Assembly: GCA_045803545.1 (NCBI GenBank)
Contig: JBJMOW010000005.1
Location: 1,312,001-1,376,000, forward strand
Source of the DNA: Gemmatimonadaceae bacterium
Lineage (GTDB): Bacteria; Gemmatimonadota; Gemmatimonadetes; Gemmatimonadales; Gemmatimonadaceae
Reading direction: 5' to 3'
DNA: 64,000 nt
A program made the position numbers and the translations under genes. Positions 46,371 through 56,612 of the stretch are shown here, one piece after another (the stretch's first letter is position 1; every line of letters starts with the position of its first letter). A model generated the notes under the pieces. The model worked only from the letters and a program-made list of their open reading frames with translations. It had not been told where the DNA came from and made no database searches.

Positions 46371-49178
46371 TCACTTTGTGTTGAGGTCCATCACCCAGAG
46401 ATCTGCTTCGTGCCTGCCGAGCGTAAAGTAGATCGTCTTCCCGTCAGTCGAGAAGAACGGGTTGAACGGCCGTCTTTCCGGATCGTCGAACCGCACCAGG
46501 GTCGTCGGCGCGCCTCCATCGATCGGCGACTCGGCGATATTGCGATCTCCGTTCGGAGCGATCACCCGGAAGTAGAGCTTCTTGGCATCGGCACTCCAGG
46601 CTTCGATCGCCACCATCTGCCCGAACGATGCGGGAACTGGGATGGCGCGCACCGGTCCACCAGCGGCCGGGATCACGCGCAGCGGCGCCTGCGGCTGTAC
46701 GCCGGGCGTGTTGGTGGCAGTGATCGTGTAGGCAATGAATTTCGAGTCGGGCGACCAGCGCGGCAGACTGCCGCCGCCCGTGGTGAGTCGACGCGGCTCG
46801 CCGCCGCGCGCGGGGACGACATAGATCTCGATCTGCCCGGTGCGATCGGATTCAAATGCGATCTGACTGCCATCCGGAGACCACGTGCCGCCGAATTCGT
46901 GCGCGGGCCCAGACGCGATCACTCGTTCACCCGAGCCGTCGGCGGCGATGACATAAGAATCGCGATTGCCACTCCGCCACGAATGGAAAGCGATCTCGCG
47001 GCCGTCCGCCGACCACGACGGTCTGAAATCGTCGGCGGAATTGTTGGTCAGCTGCTGAAGACCAGTCCCGTCGACCTTCATTTTGTAAATGTCCATGTTG
47101 CCGGAGCGATCGGAGTCGAACGCCAGCCACTGACCATCGGGACTGAGTCGCACGACCTCGATGCTTTCCGTCGTCGACATGATTGAATGCGCCGTCGAAA
47201 CCGAGACCGCTCCCGAACGCGGAAACGGCAGCGACCAGATCCCGACATTGGTCGTCCACGCCGAATACGCGATTCGATTTCCGACGGTGCTGGCAATGCC
47301 GTGAATCTTGAGTCCCGACGTCAGCCGCTGCGGCACTCCGTCCGTTCCAGTTCCACCCACGCGCTGGTAGTAGAGATCTCTGCCACCGCGTGCGTTCGAC
47401 ACATAGAAGACACCTTTGCCGTCAGCTGCCCAGACTGGACTTACGGTCTGCTGGAGAGAGTCGGAAAGCGCCGTCGCGTTCCTTCCATCCGTGTCGACGA
47501 TCCACACCCGCGATGGAGCGATGTTTCCAAACTGCACTGCGGAATAGATGTAAAGCAGATTCCCTTCGACGAATGCGAGTCGATCATCGTTGGGGGACCA
47601 CGCCAGCGCGTTGGGCTCGTTGGCATCGCGAAGCTTGTGCGGCGAACTGCCATCGGGATTCGCAATCCAGATTGTGCCGAAGCCACCGATAGTGCGCACC
47701 TGTGCATAGGCGAGATGCTTTCCGTCGTGAGACCACGCGGGGCTCACCGAGTATTCCTTGTCCGGATTGCGCACCAGTCGCTGTGGGGTCCCGCCAAGCA
47801 CCGGCACCATCGCGATCCCGGCGGTATCAGCGTACACGATGCGAGAACCATCCGGAGACCATTGCGGAGCGAGACCATCGGCGAGACGGATCGCATCGCC
47901 GCCACCGATATGGCGCACCATGATGCTGGTTATTCCCGGCGATCCCGCGGCATACGCTATCATCTTGCCGTCGGGTGAGAACGCGGGCGTAATCTCCAGG
48001 CCAAGATCGTTGGTGAGTTGCCTCGTGCTTCTCACCTCGAATTGCGCCTCACCAGCGGTGAGATAGCGACTCGCGATCAGACTCCCGACCAGCAACACTG
48101 CGACGATCCCGATCAGCGCGATCGTTCTTCGCCGTTTACTCGTCGGGAGTCTGTCAGGCTCAGTGACGACAGTCTGCGCGCCTGGTGTGACGAATCGCGG
48201 CGAACCGTGCGCCAGCGTGTCTTTCAAAGATGGGACGGATCGCGGCGGAGCAGTTTGTGGATCAGCCGTTGGCGTCGGCGCGCTGATGCCAGGCGCAGTC
48301 ACCGTCGTCGTTACGTCCGTCCCACTTGGCGTTACGACGGTCTCCAGCTGGGCACACAATTCCCTCGCAGTTTGAAACCTGTCGGCCGCCCGCTTTTCGA
48401 GACAGCGCATGATCACCGCGGCGAGCGATGGCGGAACGTTCGGCCGATACTTCGTGACCGGAGCAGCCGGCTCGCTCAGGTGCGCCGCCATCAGCTGCTG
48501 TGGACTCGTGCCGAAAAATGGCGTCATTCCAGCCAGCATCTCATAGCCGACGACGCCTGTCGCATAGATGTCGGCGCGCTGATCCGTCGTCTCTGATCCC
48601 ATTGCCTGCTCCGGCGCCATGTACGCCGGCGTGCCGATCGCGACACCGACAGCAGTGAGACTGATGTCGCCCGCGTCACTTACCGCTTTGGCGATACCAA
48701 AATCGGTGAGCAGAGCGTGATGCCCCGAGAGTAGAATATTTTCAGGTTTGATGTCGCGGTGGGCTGCGCCTTGTCGGTGCGCGTACTCGAGCGCGTCGGC
48801 CACGTCGTGCAGAATTCGTACAGTCTCCGCGATCGGCAGCTCGCCCGAACGCTTCAATCGCGAGCGGAGGGTCTCTCCTTCGACGAGCGGCATCGCGTAA
48901 TAAAGGAGATCGTCCTTCGAGCCGGCGAACAGTAGCGGCACGATGTGCGGATGCTGCAGTCGCGCCGCGAGCTGGATCTCGCGGCGAAAGCGATCGATGT
49001 TGAGCCCAGCGCCGAGCTCGGGCGGCAGGACTTTGACGACGATCTGGCGGCCGAGCGCGACTTCGCGAACGACGAAGACGCGCGCCATCCCGCCACCCAG
49101 ATCATCCGTCACCTCATAGCCTTCGCCGAGCGCGCGCTGCAGTCGCTCGGCGAGATCTCCGGCCGGTCTACCGTTCAG
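46371..49178 (-). CDS. Ser/Thr protein kinase with TM and PD40/TolB-like beta-propellers
   Basis: VVK, HRDIKPEN, DFG, GTPAYMAPE; many 'WSPDG' repeats. Frame open upstream of track start 49112; CTG 49178 proposed as start. Confidence 0.9.
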   Translation of the reverse strand: MNGRPAGDLAERLQRALGEGYEVTDDLGGGMARVFVVREVALGRQIVVKVLPPELGAGLNIDRFRREIQLAARLQHPHIVPLLFAGSKDDLLYYAMPLVEGETLRSRLKRSGELPIAETVRILHDVADALEYAHRQGAAHRDIKPENILLSGHHALLTDFGIAKAVSDAGDISLTAVGVAIGTPAYMAPEQAMGSETTDQRADIYATGVVGYEMLAGMTPFFGTSPQQLMAAHLSEPAAPVTKYRPNVPPSLAAVIMRCLEKRAADRFQTARELCAQLETVVTPSGTDVTTTVTAPGISAPTPTADPQTAPPRSVPSLKDTLAHGSPRFVTPGAQTVVTEPDRLPTSKRRRTIALIGIVAVLLVGSLIASRYLTAGEAQFEVRSTRQLTNDLGLEITPAFSPDGKMIAYAAGSPGITSIMVRHIGGGDAIRLADGLAPQWSPDGSRIVYADTAGIAMVPVLGGTPQRLVRNPDKEYSVSPAWSHDGKHLAYAQVRTIGGFGTIWIANPDGSSPHKLRDANEPNALAWSPNDDRLAFVEGNLLYIYSAVQFGNIAPSRVWIVDTDGRNATALSDSLQQTVSPVWAADGKGVFYVSNARGGRDLYYQRVGGTGTDGVPQRLTSGLKIHGIASTVGNRIAYSAWTTNVGIWSLPFPRSGAVSVSTAHSIMSTTESIEVVRLSPDGQWLAFDSDRSGNMDIYKMKVDGTGLQQLTNNSADDFRPSWSADGREIAFHSWRSGNRDSYVIAADGSGERVIASGPAHEFGGTWSPDGSQIAFESDRTGQIEIYVVPARGGEPRRLTTGGGSLPRWSPDSKFIAYTITATNTPGVQPQAPLRVIPAAGGPVRAIPVPASFGQMVAIEAWSADAKKLYFRVIAPNGDRNIAESPIDGGAPTTLVRFDDPERRPFNPFFSTDGKTIYFTLGRHEADLWVMDLNTK

Positions 49179-49316
49179 TCGAGCTCCCCGCTGAGTTGCC
49201 CATAAAATACCGGTCGGAGTTGGCGAGCGGGCAGATTGTTGTTCCAGCTCTGCGCTCCCGCATCCCCCTTCCCTCCCTCCGATTTCCGGAGTAACTCACA
49301 GCAAGAGCAAGGAGGC

Positions 49317-51380
49317 ATGATGCCAACCAGTATCAACAATGTGAGGACGATCGCACTGTGCGGTCAGGCGGGCAGCGGCAAGACTACTCTGGCCGAGGCA
49401 CTGCTCGCGAAGGCAGGAGCAATAGCCTCGGCCGGTTCAGTAGAGAGAGGAACTACAGTCGGAGACTACAGTCCTCTCGAAAAGCAGGTGCAACACACCC
49501 TCAAGCTCTCGGTGGCGAGCTTCGAAGTGAAGAATGGCGGTGACCCAACCCGCGTCCACCTCCTCGACACACCAGGTTATCCGGAGTTCCTCGGGCATTC
49601 GCTGCCGGCGCTGGCAGCGGTCGAGACCGCGGCGATTGTGATCAACGCCGTAAACGGCATCGAGATGATGACAGGCCGTTACATGCAGGCGGCACAGAAG
49701 CGTGGTCTCGACCGACTGATCATCGTCAACAAGATCGACGGCGAAAACGTCAATTGCGCGGCGCTGCTCGGTCAGATCCAGGAGATGTTCGGCAAGGAGT
49801 GCCTGCCGCTCAATCTTCCGTCTGCAAATCGAACGAAAGTCTCCGACTGCTTCTTCGCGCCCGATGGGGAGGCGGATTTCTCGAGTGTGGATGAAGCCCA
49901 CAGGGCACTCGTCGAACAGGTGGTTGAAGTCGACGAGAGCCTGATGGAGAAATACCTCGAGAAAGGCGAGGTTACTCCCGAAGAACTACATGAGCCCCTC
50001 GAGCAGGCCCTGCGCGAGGGGCATTTGATTCCCGTTGTATTCACGTCTGCGCGGACAGGCGCGGGAATCAGTGAGCTGCTCGAAGTGATCGTAAAGCTGC
50101 TCGCGAATCCGCTCGAAGGAAATCCGCCGGTTTATCTGAGTCTCCCCATCGAGGGCGGTGATCCAGTCCCGCTCAAGGCGGCGCCCGATCCCACAGCGCA
50201 CGCACTCGCCCACGTATTCAAGATCGAGTCGGATCCGTACATCGGACGCATCGCGGTGTGTCGCGTGCATCAGGGGCGACTGACACCAAACATGCAGCTG
50301 TACATCGGCGACGGTCGAAAGCCGATCCGACCGGGTCATCTATACATGTTGCGTGGCAAGACGCAGAACGAAGTGCATGAAGCGCTGCCCGGCGACATCG
50401 TCGCGATCGCGCGCATCGAAGAGATCCAGTTCGATCACATCCTGCACGATTCGGCGGACGACGCCAATTTGCACGCGCGTCCGCTGGAGCTGCCGCTACC
50501 GGTGTTCGGTCTCGCGGTGACGCCCAAGAATCACAAGGACGAACAGAAGGTCTCCGATGTGCTGCACAAGATCTCGGCGGAAGATCCGTGCTTCCGCATC
50601 GAGCACAACGCGCAGACAAACGAGACGGTGATGCGCGGCCTTGGCGAGATGCACCTCAAGGCGATTCTCGACAAGATGGCATCGCAGTACAAAATCGAGC
50701 TCGACACCAAGCCGCCCTCGATTCCCTTCCGCGAGACCATCATCGCGAAAGCCGAGGGACACAATCGGCACAAGAAGCAGACTGGTGGTGCTGGACAGTT
50801 TGGCGAAGTGTATCTGCGCGTAGAGCCACTGCCGCGCGGCAAAGGATTCGAGTTCGTCGATGCAGTGAAAGGCGGGACGATACCGCGCCAGTTCATTCCG
50901 TCGGTCGAAAAAGGAGTGCGTCAGGTTCTCGAGCATGGTTACATCGCCGGCTTCCCGCTGCAGGACGTGCGCGTGATCGTGTACGACGGCAAGACGCATC
51001 CGGTCGATTCGAAGGATGTCGCCTTTCAGGCGGCGGGTCGCAAAGCTTTTCTCGATGCGCTGGCGAAGGCGCGGGCGATTGTGCTCGAGCCGATCGTCGA
51101 CGTCGAGATTGTGGCGCCCGAAGACAAGATGGGAGATATCGCGGGCGAGCTGTCGGGCCATCGCGGGCAGATCAAAGGTTCCGATTCGCCGAGGCCGGGA
51201 TTCGTGCAGGTGACGGCACAGGCGCCGTTGTCGGAGCTCGAGCAGTTCCCAGCTCGACTGAAATCAATTACCGCGGGGCGAGGTTCGTATTCTTTGGAGT
51301 TTTCTCACTACGAGCCGGCGCCGACGATCCTGCAGCAGAAGTTGCAGCAGGCGCACAAGCCTCAGGAACTGGAGGCGTAG
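49317..51380 (+). CDS. fusA: Elongation factor G paralog (EF-G II-like)
   Basis: GQAGSGKTT, DTPG, NKID, 'GLGEMHL', 'KKQTGGAGQFG', 'H.VDS'; no str-operon neighbours. Confidence 0.9.
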   Translation: MMPTSINNVRTIALCGQAGSGKTTLAEALLAKAGAIASAGSVERGTTVGDYSPLEKQVQHTLKLSVASFEVKNGGDPTRVHLLDTPGYPEFLGHSLPALAAVETAAIVINAVNGIEMMTGRYMQAAQKRGLDRLIIVNKIDGENVNCAALLGQIQEMFGKECLPLNLPSANRTKVSDCFFAPDGEADFSSVDEAHRALVEQVVEVDESLMEKYLEKGEVTPEELHEPLEQALREGHLIPVVFTSARTGAGISELLEVIVKLLANPLEGNPPVYLSLPIEGGDPVPLKAAPDPTAHALAHVFKIESDPYIGRIAVCRVHQGRLTPNMQLYIGDGRKPIRPGHLYMLRGKTQNEVHEALPGDIVAIARIEEIQFDHILHDSADDANLHARPLELPLPVFGLAVTPKNHKDEQKVSDVLHKISAEDPCFRIEHNAQTNETVMRGLGEMHLKAILDKMASQYKIELDTKPPSIPFRETIIAKAEGHNRHKKQTGGAGQFGEVYLRVEPLPRGKGFEFVDAVKGGTIPRQFIPSVEKGVRQVLEHGYIAGFPLQDVRVIVYDGKTHPVDSKDVAFQAAGRKAFLDALAKARAIVLEPIVDVEIVAPEDKMGDIAGELSGHRGQIKGSDSPRPGFVQVTAQAPLSELEQFPARLKSITAGRGSYSLEFSHYEPAPTILQQKLQQAHKPQELEA

Positions 51381-51393
51381 GCCGAGCGATAGC

Positions 51394-52206
51394 ATGGTGC
51401 GCGTCAGCAGGGCTTTCTCCATGGCGGCCGTTGTCGCAGTTACAGTGGTTTCTGCCGCGACGGTAGCCGCTCAGACGAGAGCGAACCGTTCTGATTCCAT
51501 TCGCGCGGTGGCGTTCGACCGACTGGATCGTGAAGCTCGCACCATGCTCTCCACGATCGATTGCGCGCGCAAGACAGCGCGCGCGCGAGCGGCGGGTTTG
51601 TTCGGTCCCAACGATTCGGGACGACGCGGACAATGTCTGCGGATCTCGGATCGTCCGTACGGAGTTTTCTTCACGCCAGACAGCACTTTTACCACTGCAA
51701 ATCACATGAGTGTTGTCGACCTTACCAGCCAAAGCACTTATTCGGGCGTGATCGATACAGCTTCAGTTCTCGGTGAAGCCAAAGCGGCACACGAGGCGTT
51801 GCTAAAAGGCTTTCCTTCTTTCCGGGGCGCCAAACGCCAATTCGCCCCGCTGTCGTTCCGCTTCGATGGTGACAGCATCGAGGTCTGGCTCGTACCGATC
51901 GGATCGGTGACGGCTCCCCGGTCAACAACGGTCGGCGGTGAGCGCGGATACGTCTACTCTCCCGACGGCCGCACCATGGCGCGTGAGGTTGACGCGTTCG
52001 ACCGCTTCCGCAGTATCTCCGTCCCGGATACGGGGGTCGCCATGATCTTCAGCAGAGAGGATGACCTTCCGCTGTTGTCCGAGCTGCTCGTAGCGAATCT
52101 GCTCCACGGTGATGGACGCGAGGTGCAGATCGTGACCAATACATACGCATCGCAGTTGACGGGGCGCGAGCCAAATTCAGTTTGGTTGCAGTTGCGGAAG
52201 CGCTAG
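51394..52206 (+). CDS. Hypothetical exported protein
   Basis: Signal peptide (VAA-Q); two Cys; no family recognised. Confidence 0.65.
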   Translation: MVRVSRAFSMAAVVAVTVVSAATVAAQTRANRSDSIRAVAFDRLDREARTMLSTIDCARKTARARAAGLFGPNDSGRRGQCLRISDRPYGVFFTPDSTFTTANHMSVVDLTSQSTYSGVIDTASVLGEAKAAHEALLKGFPSFRGAKRQFAPLSFRFDGDSIEVWLVPIGSVTAPRSTTVGGERGYVYSPDGRTMAREVDAFDRFRSISVPDTGVAMIFSREDDLPLLSELLVANLLHGDGREVQIVTNTYASQLTGREPNSVWLQLRKR

Positions 52207-52336
52207 GAAGTCGCCGAGCGGCAGCTTCATTCGAACGAGCTGGATCAAAAGAGTAAGACTCGCCCCTCAGGTTGGCGCGGTTTTCAACGCTTTCTGGATC
52301 CGCGTTGTCTCAGTTAATATCCGATCCGGAATTCCA

Positions 52337-52888
52337 ATGAGACCCAACCTCCTTTGCGCTACCGTCGCAGTCGTGACCATCTCGGCTTCCACTCTGCCAG
52401 CTCAAGCTCGCGCGACCGCTGATGCAAACAGCAGCGCTATCGCCGCTTCGTTCAGCAAATTCAAAAGCCTGAGCAAGGAAAAGCGCGGCATCAAGAAAGA
52501 GAAATATCTGAAGGTGGAGAGCAAGCCCGCGGTTCTTGCGAATCCCGCCGACTATTCAGGCGCGTACGAAGTCCCCGACCTGCACATGCGTCTCGAGCTC
52601 AACGTGAAGAGCGACGGAAGTTTCACCGGCACCGGATACGAGCAGATCAGTGACGGCGTGATGCGCGAGTTCTCTCTTCGCGACGGCAGGATCGATCGTG
52701 CGTTCGCCACTGCGACCAAGGTCTACGCCAATGCGACGGAGACCTTTCAGGGTGCATTCATGAATCGGTCGACGTACGAGAGCCCGACCGACAAAGGTGT
52801 AACCGTCTTCGGTCTTGGCACCATCGGACGCGCGATTTACGTCGACGGAAATACCTTCGACAGATTCTTTTTCCAGAAGTTGCCCTAG
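52337..52888 (+). CDS. Hypothetical exported beta-rich protein
   Basis: Signal peptide; Lys-rich segment, then 'YSGAY' and beta strands. Confidence 0.65.
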   Translation: MRPNLLCATVAVVTISASTLPAQARATADANSSAIAASFSKFKSLSKEKRGIKKEKYLKVESKPAVLANPADYSGAYEVPDLHMRLELNVKSDGSFTGTGYEQISDGVMREFSLRDGRIDRAFATATKVYANATETFQGAFMNRSTYESPTDKGVTVFGLGTIGRAIYVDGNTFDRFFFQKLP

Positions 52889-53442
52889 CGCGGCGCTCCG
52901 TCCGCTTGCGCCATTGGCGGCCGCTCGTCGGCGCTGTCGCCGTAAGAGTACGGCACCGCAACGTCGAGCATCCGCAGATACACCCCGAGCTGCGCGCGAT
53001 GATGCGCGGCGTGCATGAAGTAGACTGAGCGAAGAATCTGCGCCCGCGGTGCACTGATCACCGTGCGCCCCTGGACCTTGAGAGACCAGGGTGCCTGTGC
53101 GCGCTCCCACGTCAGATTCTTGAGCTGTCTCTTGAACTCGCCGCTGACCTGATCAAACATCTTCAAACGCTCGGCGGTGTTCGCGAGAGTGGGAGAGGGC
53201 GGTCGACTGCCGCCTTCGAATTCGTCCTGCGTCAGCTGCATGATGCCGAATCCTGGAAGCTGCGCGATGTGATTGGCGAGCTCGCCGAGTGAGCGCGACT
53301 TGGAATGCGGCCTCCAATCTTCCTTGCCGTCGGGAACGCGCTCGAGCATACGACGCGTTGTCGACAGCTCGGAGTCAGCGTCGGGATAAAGCAGTTCGGC
53401 CGGTGAGGCTTTGGATTCGGTCTCGATTGTCTCGGGGGTCAT
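52885..53442 (-). CDS. DinB family protein
   Basis: 'W.PH.KS.SLG.LA.H', 'H..HHRAQL.VYLR'. Confidence 0.92.
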   Translation of the reverse strand: MTPETIETESKASPAELLYPDADSELSTTRRMLERVPDGKEDWRPHSKSRSLGELANHIAQLPGFGIMQLTQDEFEGGSRPPSPTLANTAERLKMFDQVSGEFKRQLKNLTWERAQAPWSLKVQGRTVISAPRAQILRSVYFMHAAHHRAQLGVYLRMLDVAVPYSYGDSADERPPMAQADGAPR

Positions 53443-53601
53443 TGGGACTTTCGGGTTGGCGGGTAGCTAACAGGCAACGACTTAACAATAGTAGCCCCGT
53501 TGAAGCTGACACCGATATTACAGTCTACGCAACGAGCAACATCGTTTCCTTGCGGGGCACATCAGTTGCCTTCAAAATGGAATACCTATTCGGAGGGAAC
53601 G

Positions 53602-54183
53602 GTGAGACTCCATACTCGCTATTTCGCGGCGTTGGTATGTGCAGTCGGGTTCCTCGCACTCGATTCTGCGTACGCTCAATCGACGGCGACGATCTGCAAA
53701 GACGGAACTACTTCGACGGCGTCAGGCCGCGGTGCGTGTTCCGGCCACGGCGGCGTCAGCAAGAAGGCAACGGCCAAAACGAAGGCCGTCGTCAAGAAAG
53801 AAGTGAAAGCAGCGAAGGTCGACGCCAAGGCGACCAACGGTTCTACAGTTGCCGTCGTGACCTGTGGCGACGGCACGACTTCGACCAACACTGGCCGTGG
53901 CGCATGCTCGCATCATGGCGGCGTCAGAGCAGCGACGACGAACTCGGCGACGACCGGTGCGGTTGTTCCTGCACCCGGAACAGCGGTAGCACCGCGCTCG
54001 CAGCGAGTGACGCGCGCCCCGGCGGCGACACGCGCGTCGGCGACGACGAGAGTTGGGTCCGGTGCCGCTGACGACAACGACCCGACGGGGGCGATCGCGC
54101 AGTGCAAGGACGGACTTTACTCGCATGCGAGAAACCACCGCGGAGCTTGCGGGCATCACGGCGGCGTCGCGACTTGGTTGTGA
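53602..54183 (+). CDS. Exported protein with three DUF3761-like Cys/His repeats
   Basis: GTG after GGAGG; three copies of 'C.DG..S....RGAC..HGGV'. Confidence 0.85.
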   Translation: MRLHTRYFAALVCAVGFLALDSAYAQSTATICKDGTTSTASGRGACSGHGGVSKKATAKTKAVVKKEVKAAKVDAKATNGSTVAVVTCGDGTTSTNTGRGACSHHGGVRAATTNSATTGAVVPAPGTAVAPRSQRVTRAPAATRASATTRVGSGAADDNDPTGAIAQCKDGLYSHARNHRGACGHHGGVATWL

Positions 54184-54211
54184 GGGAAGGTTGGGCACTG
54201 CTCGCCTACGA

Positions 54212-54316
54212 TTAACGCGGTAAGGGGTGAGAAGTAGCGAAGGTGCCAGGAACCAGGTTGGCTGCGAGCTTCCTGGTATCAGGTGCCTATGCTGCTCTCA
54301 CCCCTTACCGCGTTAA
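54212..54316. repeat. Palindromic element with 21-bp perfect terminal inverted repeats
   Basis: TTAACGCGGTAAGGGGTGAGA (54212-54232) / TCTCACCCCTTACCGCGTTAA (54296-54316); inner CCAGGAA/TTCCTGG. Confidence 0.85.
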
Positions 54317-54387
54317 CCATAAAGTGGCTATTCACTCCTCGCAGCTGCCGCTCGAACCTGGGAGCGGCCGTTTGTCGTAAGGCCATT

Positions 54388-55680
54388 ATGCCCAAATACG
54401 CTCTCGCTCTCTGCCTCGTCGCGGTAAGCTGTTCACCGCATAGTAGCACCTCCTCCCGCCTCCCCCCTTCCGCCTCCCGCACCATCGAGATTCGCAACGG
54501 CCAATGGTTCGACGGCACCAGGTTCGTCGATCGCACGATGTACAGCGTCGATGGATTCTTTGCGGAGAACAAACCGCCGCGCGTGGATACGGTGATCGAC
54601 CTGCAGCACGGCTATGTCGTTCCGCCGTTCGCTGAAGCGCACAATCACAACGTCGATGCAACGACTGCGGCTGCAGCTCGCGTCGTGGTCGACAAGTATT
54701 TCCGCGACGGCGTCTTCTACGTTCAGAATCCAGCCAACGTGCTTCGCGCGCGCTCGGGCCTCGTCGGTTTCATCAACGTTCCGACCGGCATCGACGCCAC
54801 TTTTGCCAACGCCGCTCTCACCGGTCCCGGTGGTCATCCGATGGGCTTGTTCCTTCGCAACCTCGGCCGCGGTGCGATGGTCGCGACGGACAGCAATTCG
54901 ACGAGCGGGTTTTTGTGGACGATTGCCGATCGCGGCGATCTGGATCGTAAATGGCCGCAGATCCTCGCCAGCCATCCGGACTTCATCAAGACCATGCTTC
55001 TCTACTCGGAGGAATACGAGCGGAGAAAATCTGATAGTGCATTCTTCAACTGGCGCGGGCTGAACCCGGCACTGTTACCCGAGATCGTTCGTCGCGCGCA
55101 TGCGGCCGGATTGCGAGTGATGACTCACATCGAAACTGCCGCCGATTTCCGCAATGCAGTCATCGCCGGCGTCGATCAGATCGGTCACACGCCTGGATTC
55201 AGAGGAAACGCGAAAACCCAGCTTCCTGACTTCGCTCCGTTTTTGATGACTGATGCCGACGCGGAGCTCGCCGCGAAGCGAGGCGTATTTGTCATTACCA
55301 CTCTCAGTGGGCCAGATGGTTTGCCCGATACCGGCCTCCTCGCGCGCTTCATCAAGCTCGACTCGCTCAACCTGGCGATGATGAAAAAGCATCACGTGAA
55401 GGTCATCGTCGGTAGCGATTCATATCGCACCACGTCGGTACCCGAAGCGATGTGGCTCTCGAAACTCGGCGTGCTCACCAACGCGGAGCTCCTGCGCGCG
55501 TGGACCGACGAAACCGCCCACGCAATCTTCCCGCAGCGGAAGATCGGCAAGCTTGCTCGCGGATACGAAGCGAGCCTCCTGGTGCTCGCCGGTGATCCGA
55601 TCGCCGATTTCAGCAATGTGAGGCGCATCGTGCTACGCATGAAACAGGGACAGCTGATTCAGGTCGCGGCAACGCCGTGA
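54388..55680 (+). CDS. Amidohydrolase family lipoprotein
   Basis: Lipobox AVSC; 'P...EAHNH', 'HIE', 'GSD', 'G.L..GYEA....L.GDP'. Confidence 0.85.
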   Translation: MPKYALALCLVAVSCSPHSSTSSRLPPSASRTIEIRNGQWFDGTRFVDRTMYSVDGFFAENKPPRVDTVIDLQHGYVVPPFAEAHNHNVDATTAAAARVVVDKYFRDGVFYVQNPANVLRARSGLVGFINVPTGIDATFANAALTGPGGHPMGLFLRNLGRGAMVATDSNSTSGFLWTIADRGDLDRKWPQILASHPDFIKTMLLYSEEYERRKSDSAFFNWRGLNPALLPEIVRRAHAAGLRVMTHIETAADFRNAVIAGVDQIGHTPGFRGNAKTQLPDFAPFLMTDADAELAAKRGVFVITTLSGPDGLPDTGLLARFIKLDSLNLAMMKKHHVKVIVGSDSYRTTSVPEAMWLSKLGVLTNAELLRAWTDETAHAIFPQRKIGKLARGYEASLLVLAGDPIADFSNVRRIVLRMKQGQLIQVAATP

Positions 55681-55710
55681 CCGTCACGCAGGATGGGCAG
55701 TCGTAGGTAC

Positions 55711-56502
55711 ATGAAAACCCCTACCGCCTTCCTCGGTGCGCTGTTCGTCGTAATCGCAGCGCCACTCCTGTCTCAGAGCACTCCGCTATCTCCCCAGCAA
55801 GCCTCGAACGCTCAGGCCGCTGAGGCCGGGTATGTGTCGGCAATGCGGACCGATCTCAAGATGCTGGCGACGGCGGAGGAGGCGTACTTCGTCGATCACT
55901 CCGCCTATTATTCCGGGACGGTCAGTGCCGCGAATCCGCTCTTTGGTTTTTCACCATCCCGCGGTGTGACCATCAACGTGAGCGTCCCTGCCGGTGCTCC
56001 GATATGGAATGCCATTGCGATTCATGCCAGATCGCAGACAAGGTGCAGTTACAAACTGCCTGATCCGATCGAGTGTGCTTCGCCCACTGCCACCATCAGC
56101 GCCGGCGCAGCGGCAGCTGGCGACTCAACGGCCGTGGAGAACGCAACGGTCATCAAGGTCGGTGACGAACAGCCAGTCGGCATTCGGCCAGGACAAACGC
56201 GAAAGTGGATCTTTGACATTCCGTACGAACGCACCCGCTGCCTGGCGATGGGTCAGGTCGAGGTCCTTTCCGGTGGCGACAGAAATGTGAATGTGCTGAT
56301 CATGAACGAGATCGCGTACACCGAGTGGTCACACGATCAACCGGTGCGCACGGATTACGAGAGCAACGACAGGCCGCTGATTGCGTTCGACGTCAACATC
56401 AACGACCCGGGCCGCTACATGTTCGTCGTGTCCAATCGCTCATCGAAGTCCGCGGCGAAGGTTGTCCAGCTGCAGCACGTTACCGTCACCTGCGTCGAGT
56501 AG
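55711..56502 (+). CDS. Exported pilin-head-like domain fused to a beta-sandwich domain
   Basis: Sec-type signal; 'YVSAMRTDL...EEAY...GFS.S..VTI...W.A.A.H...C' aligns with the pilin at 58833-59198. Confidence 0.75.
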   Translation: MKTPTAFLGALFVVIAAPLLSQSTPLSPQQASNAQAAEAGYVSAMRTDLKMLATAEEAYFVDHSAYYSGTVSAANPLFGFSPSRGVTINVSVPAGAPIWNAIAIHARSQTRCSYKLPDPIECASPTATISAGAAAAGDSTAVENATVIKVGDEQPVGIRPGQTRKWIFDIPYERTRCLAMGQVEVLSGGDRNVNVLIMNEIAYTEWSHDQPVRTDYESNDRPLIAFDVNINDPGRYMFVVSNRSSKSAAKVVQLQHVTVTCVE

Positions 56503-56612
56503 GGCCGGAGTCAGCTGCACTACCGATTCGCGAGGCAAGGTTAGCAGCGGCGAGTCAGGTCGGGATGAGCGTCGGATTAGGAATGCGTGAAGATTCCTCT
56601 TAAAACTTTTGC

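Noticed and set aside
50588..51466. Long alternative-frame ORFs (also 11385-12269, 47187-47978, 53289-54071)
   Set aside because: Arg-rich, motif-free overlaps of well-supported genes, as expected in high-GC DNA.
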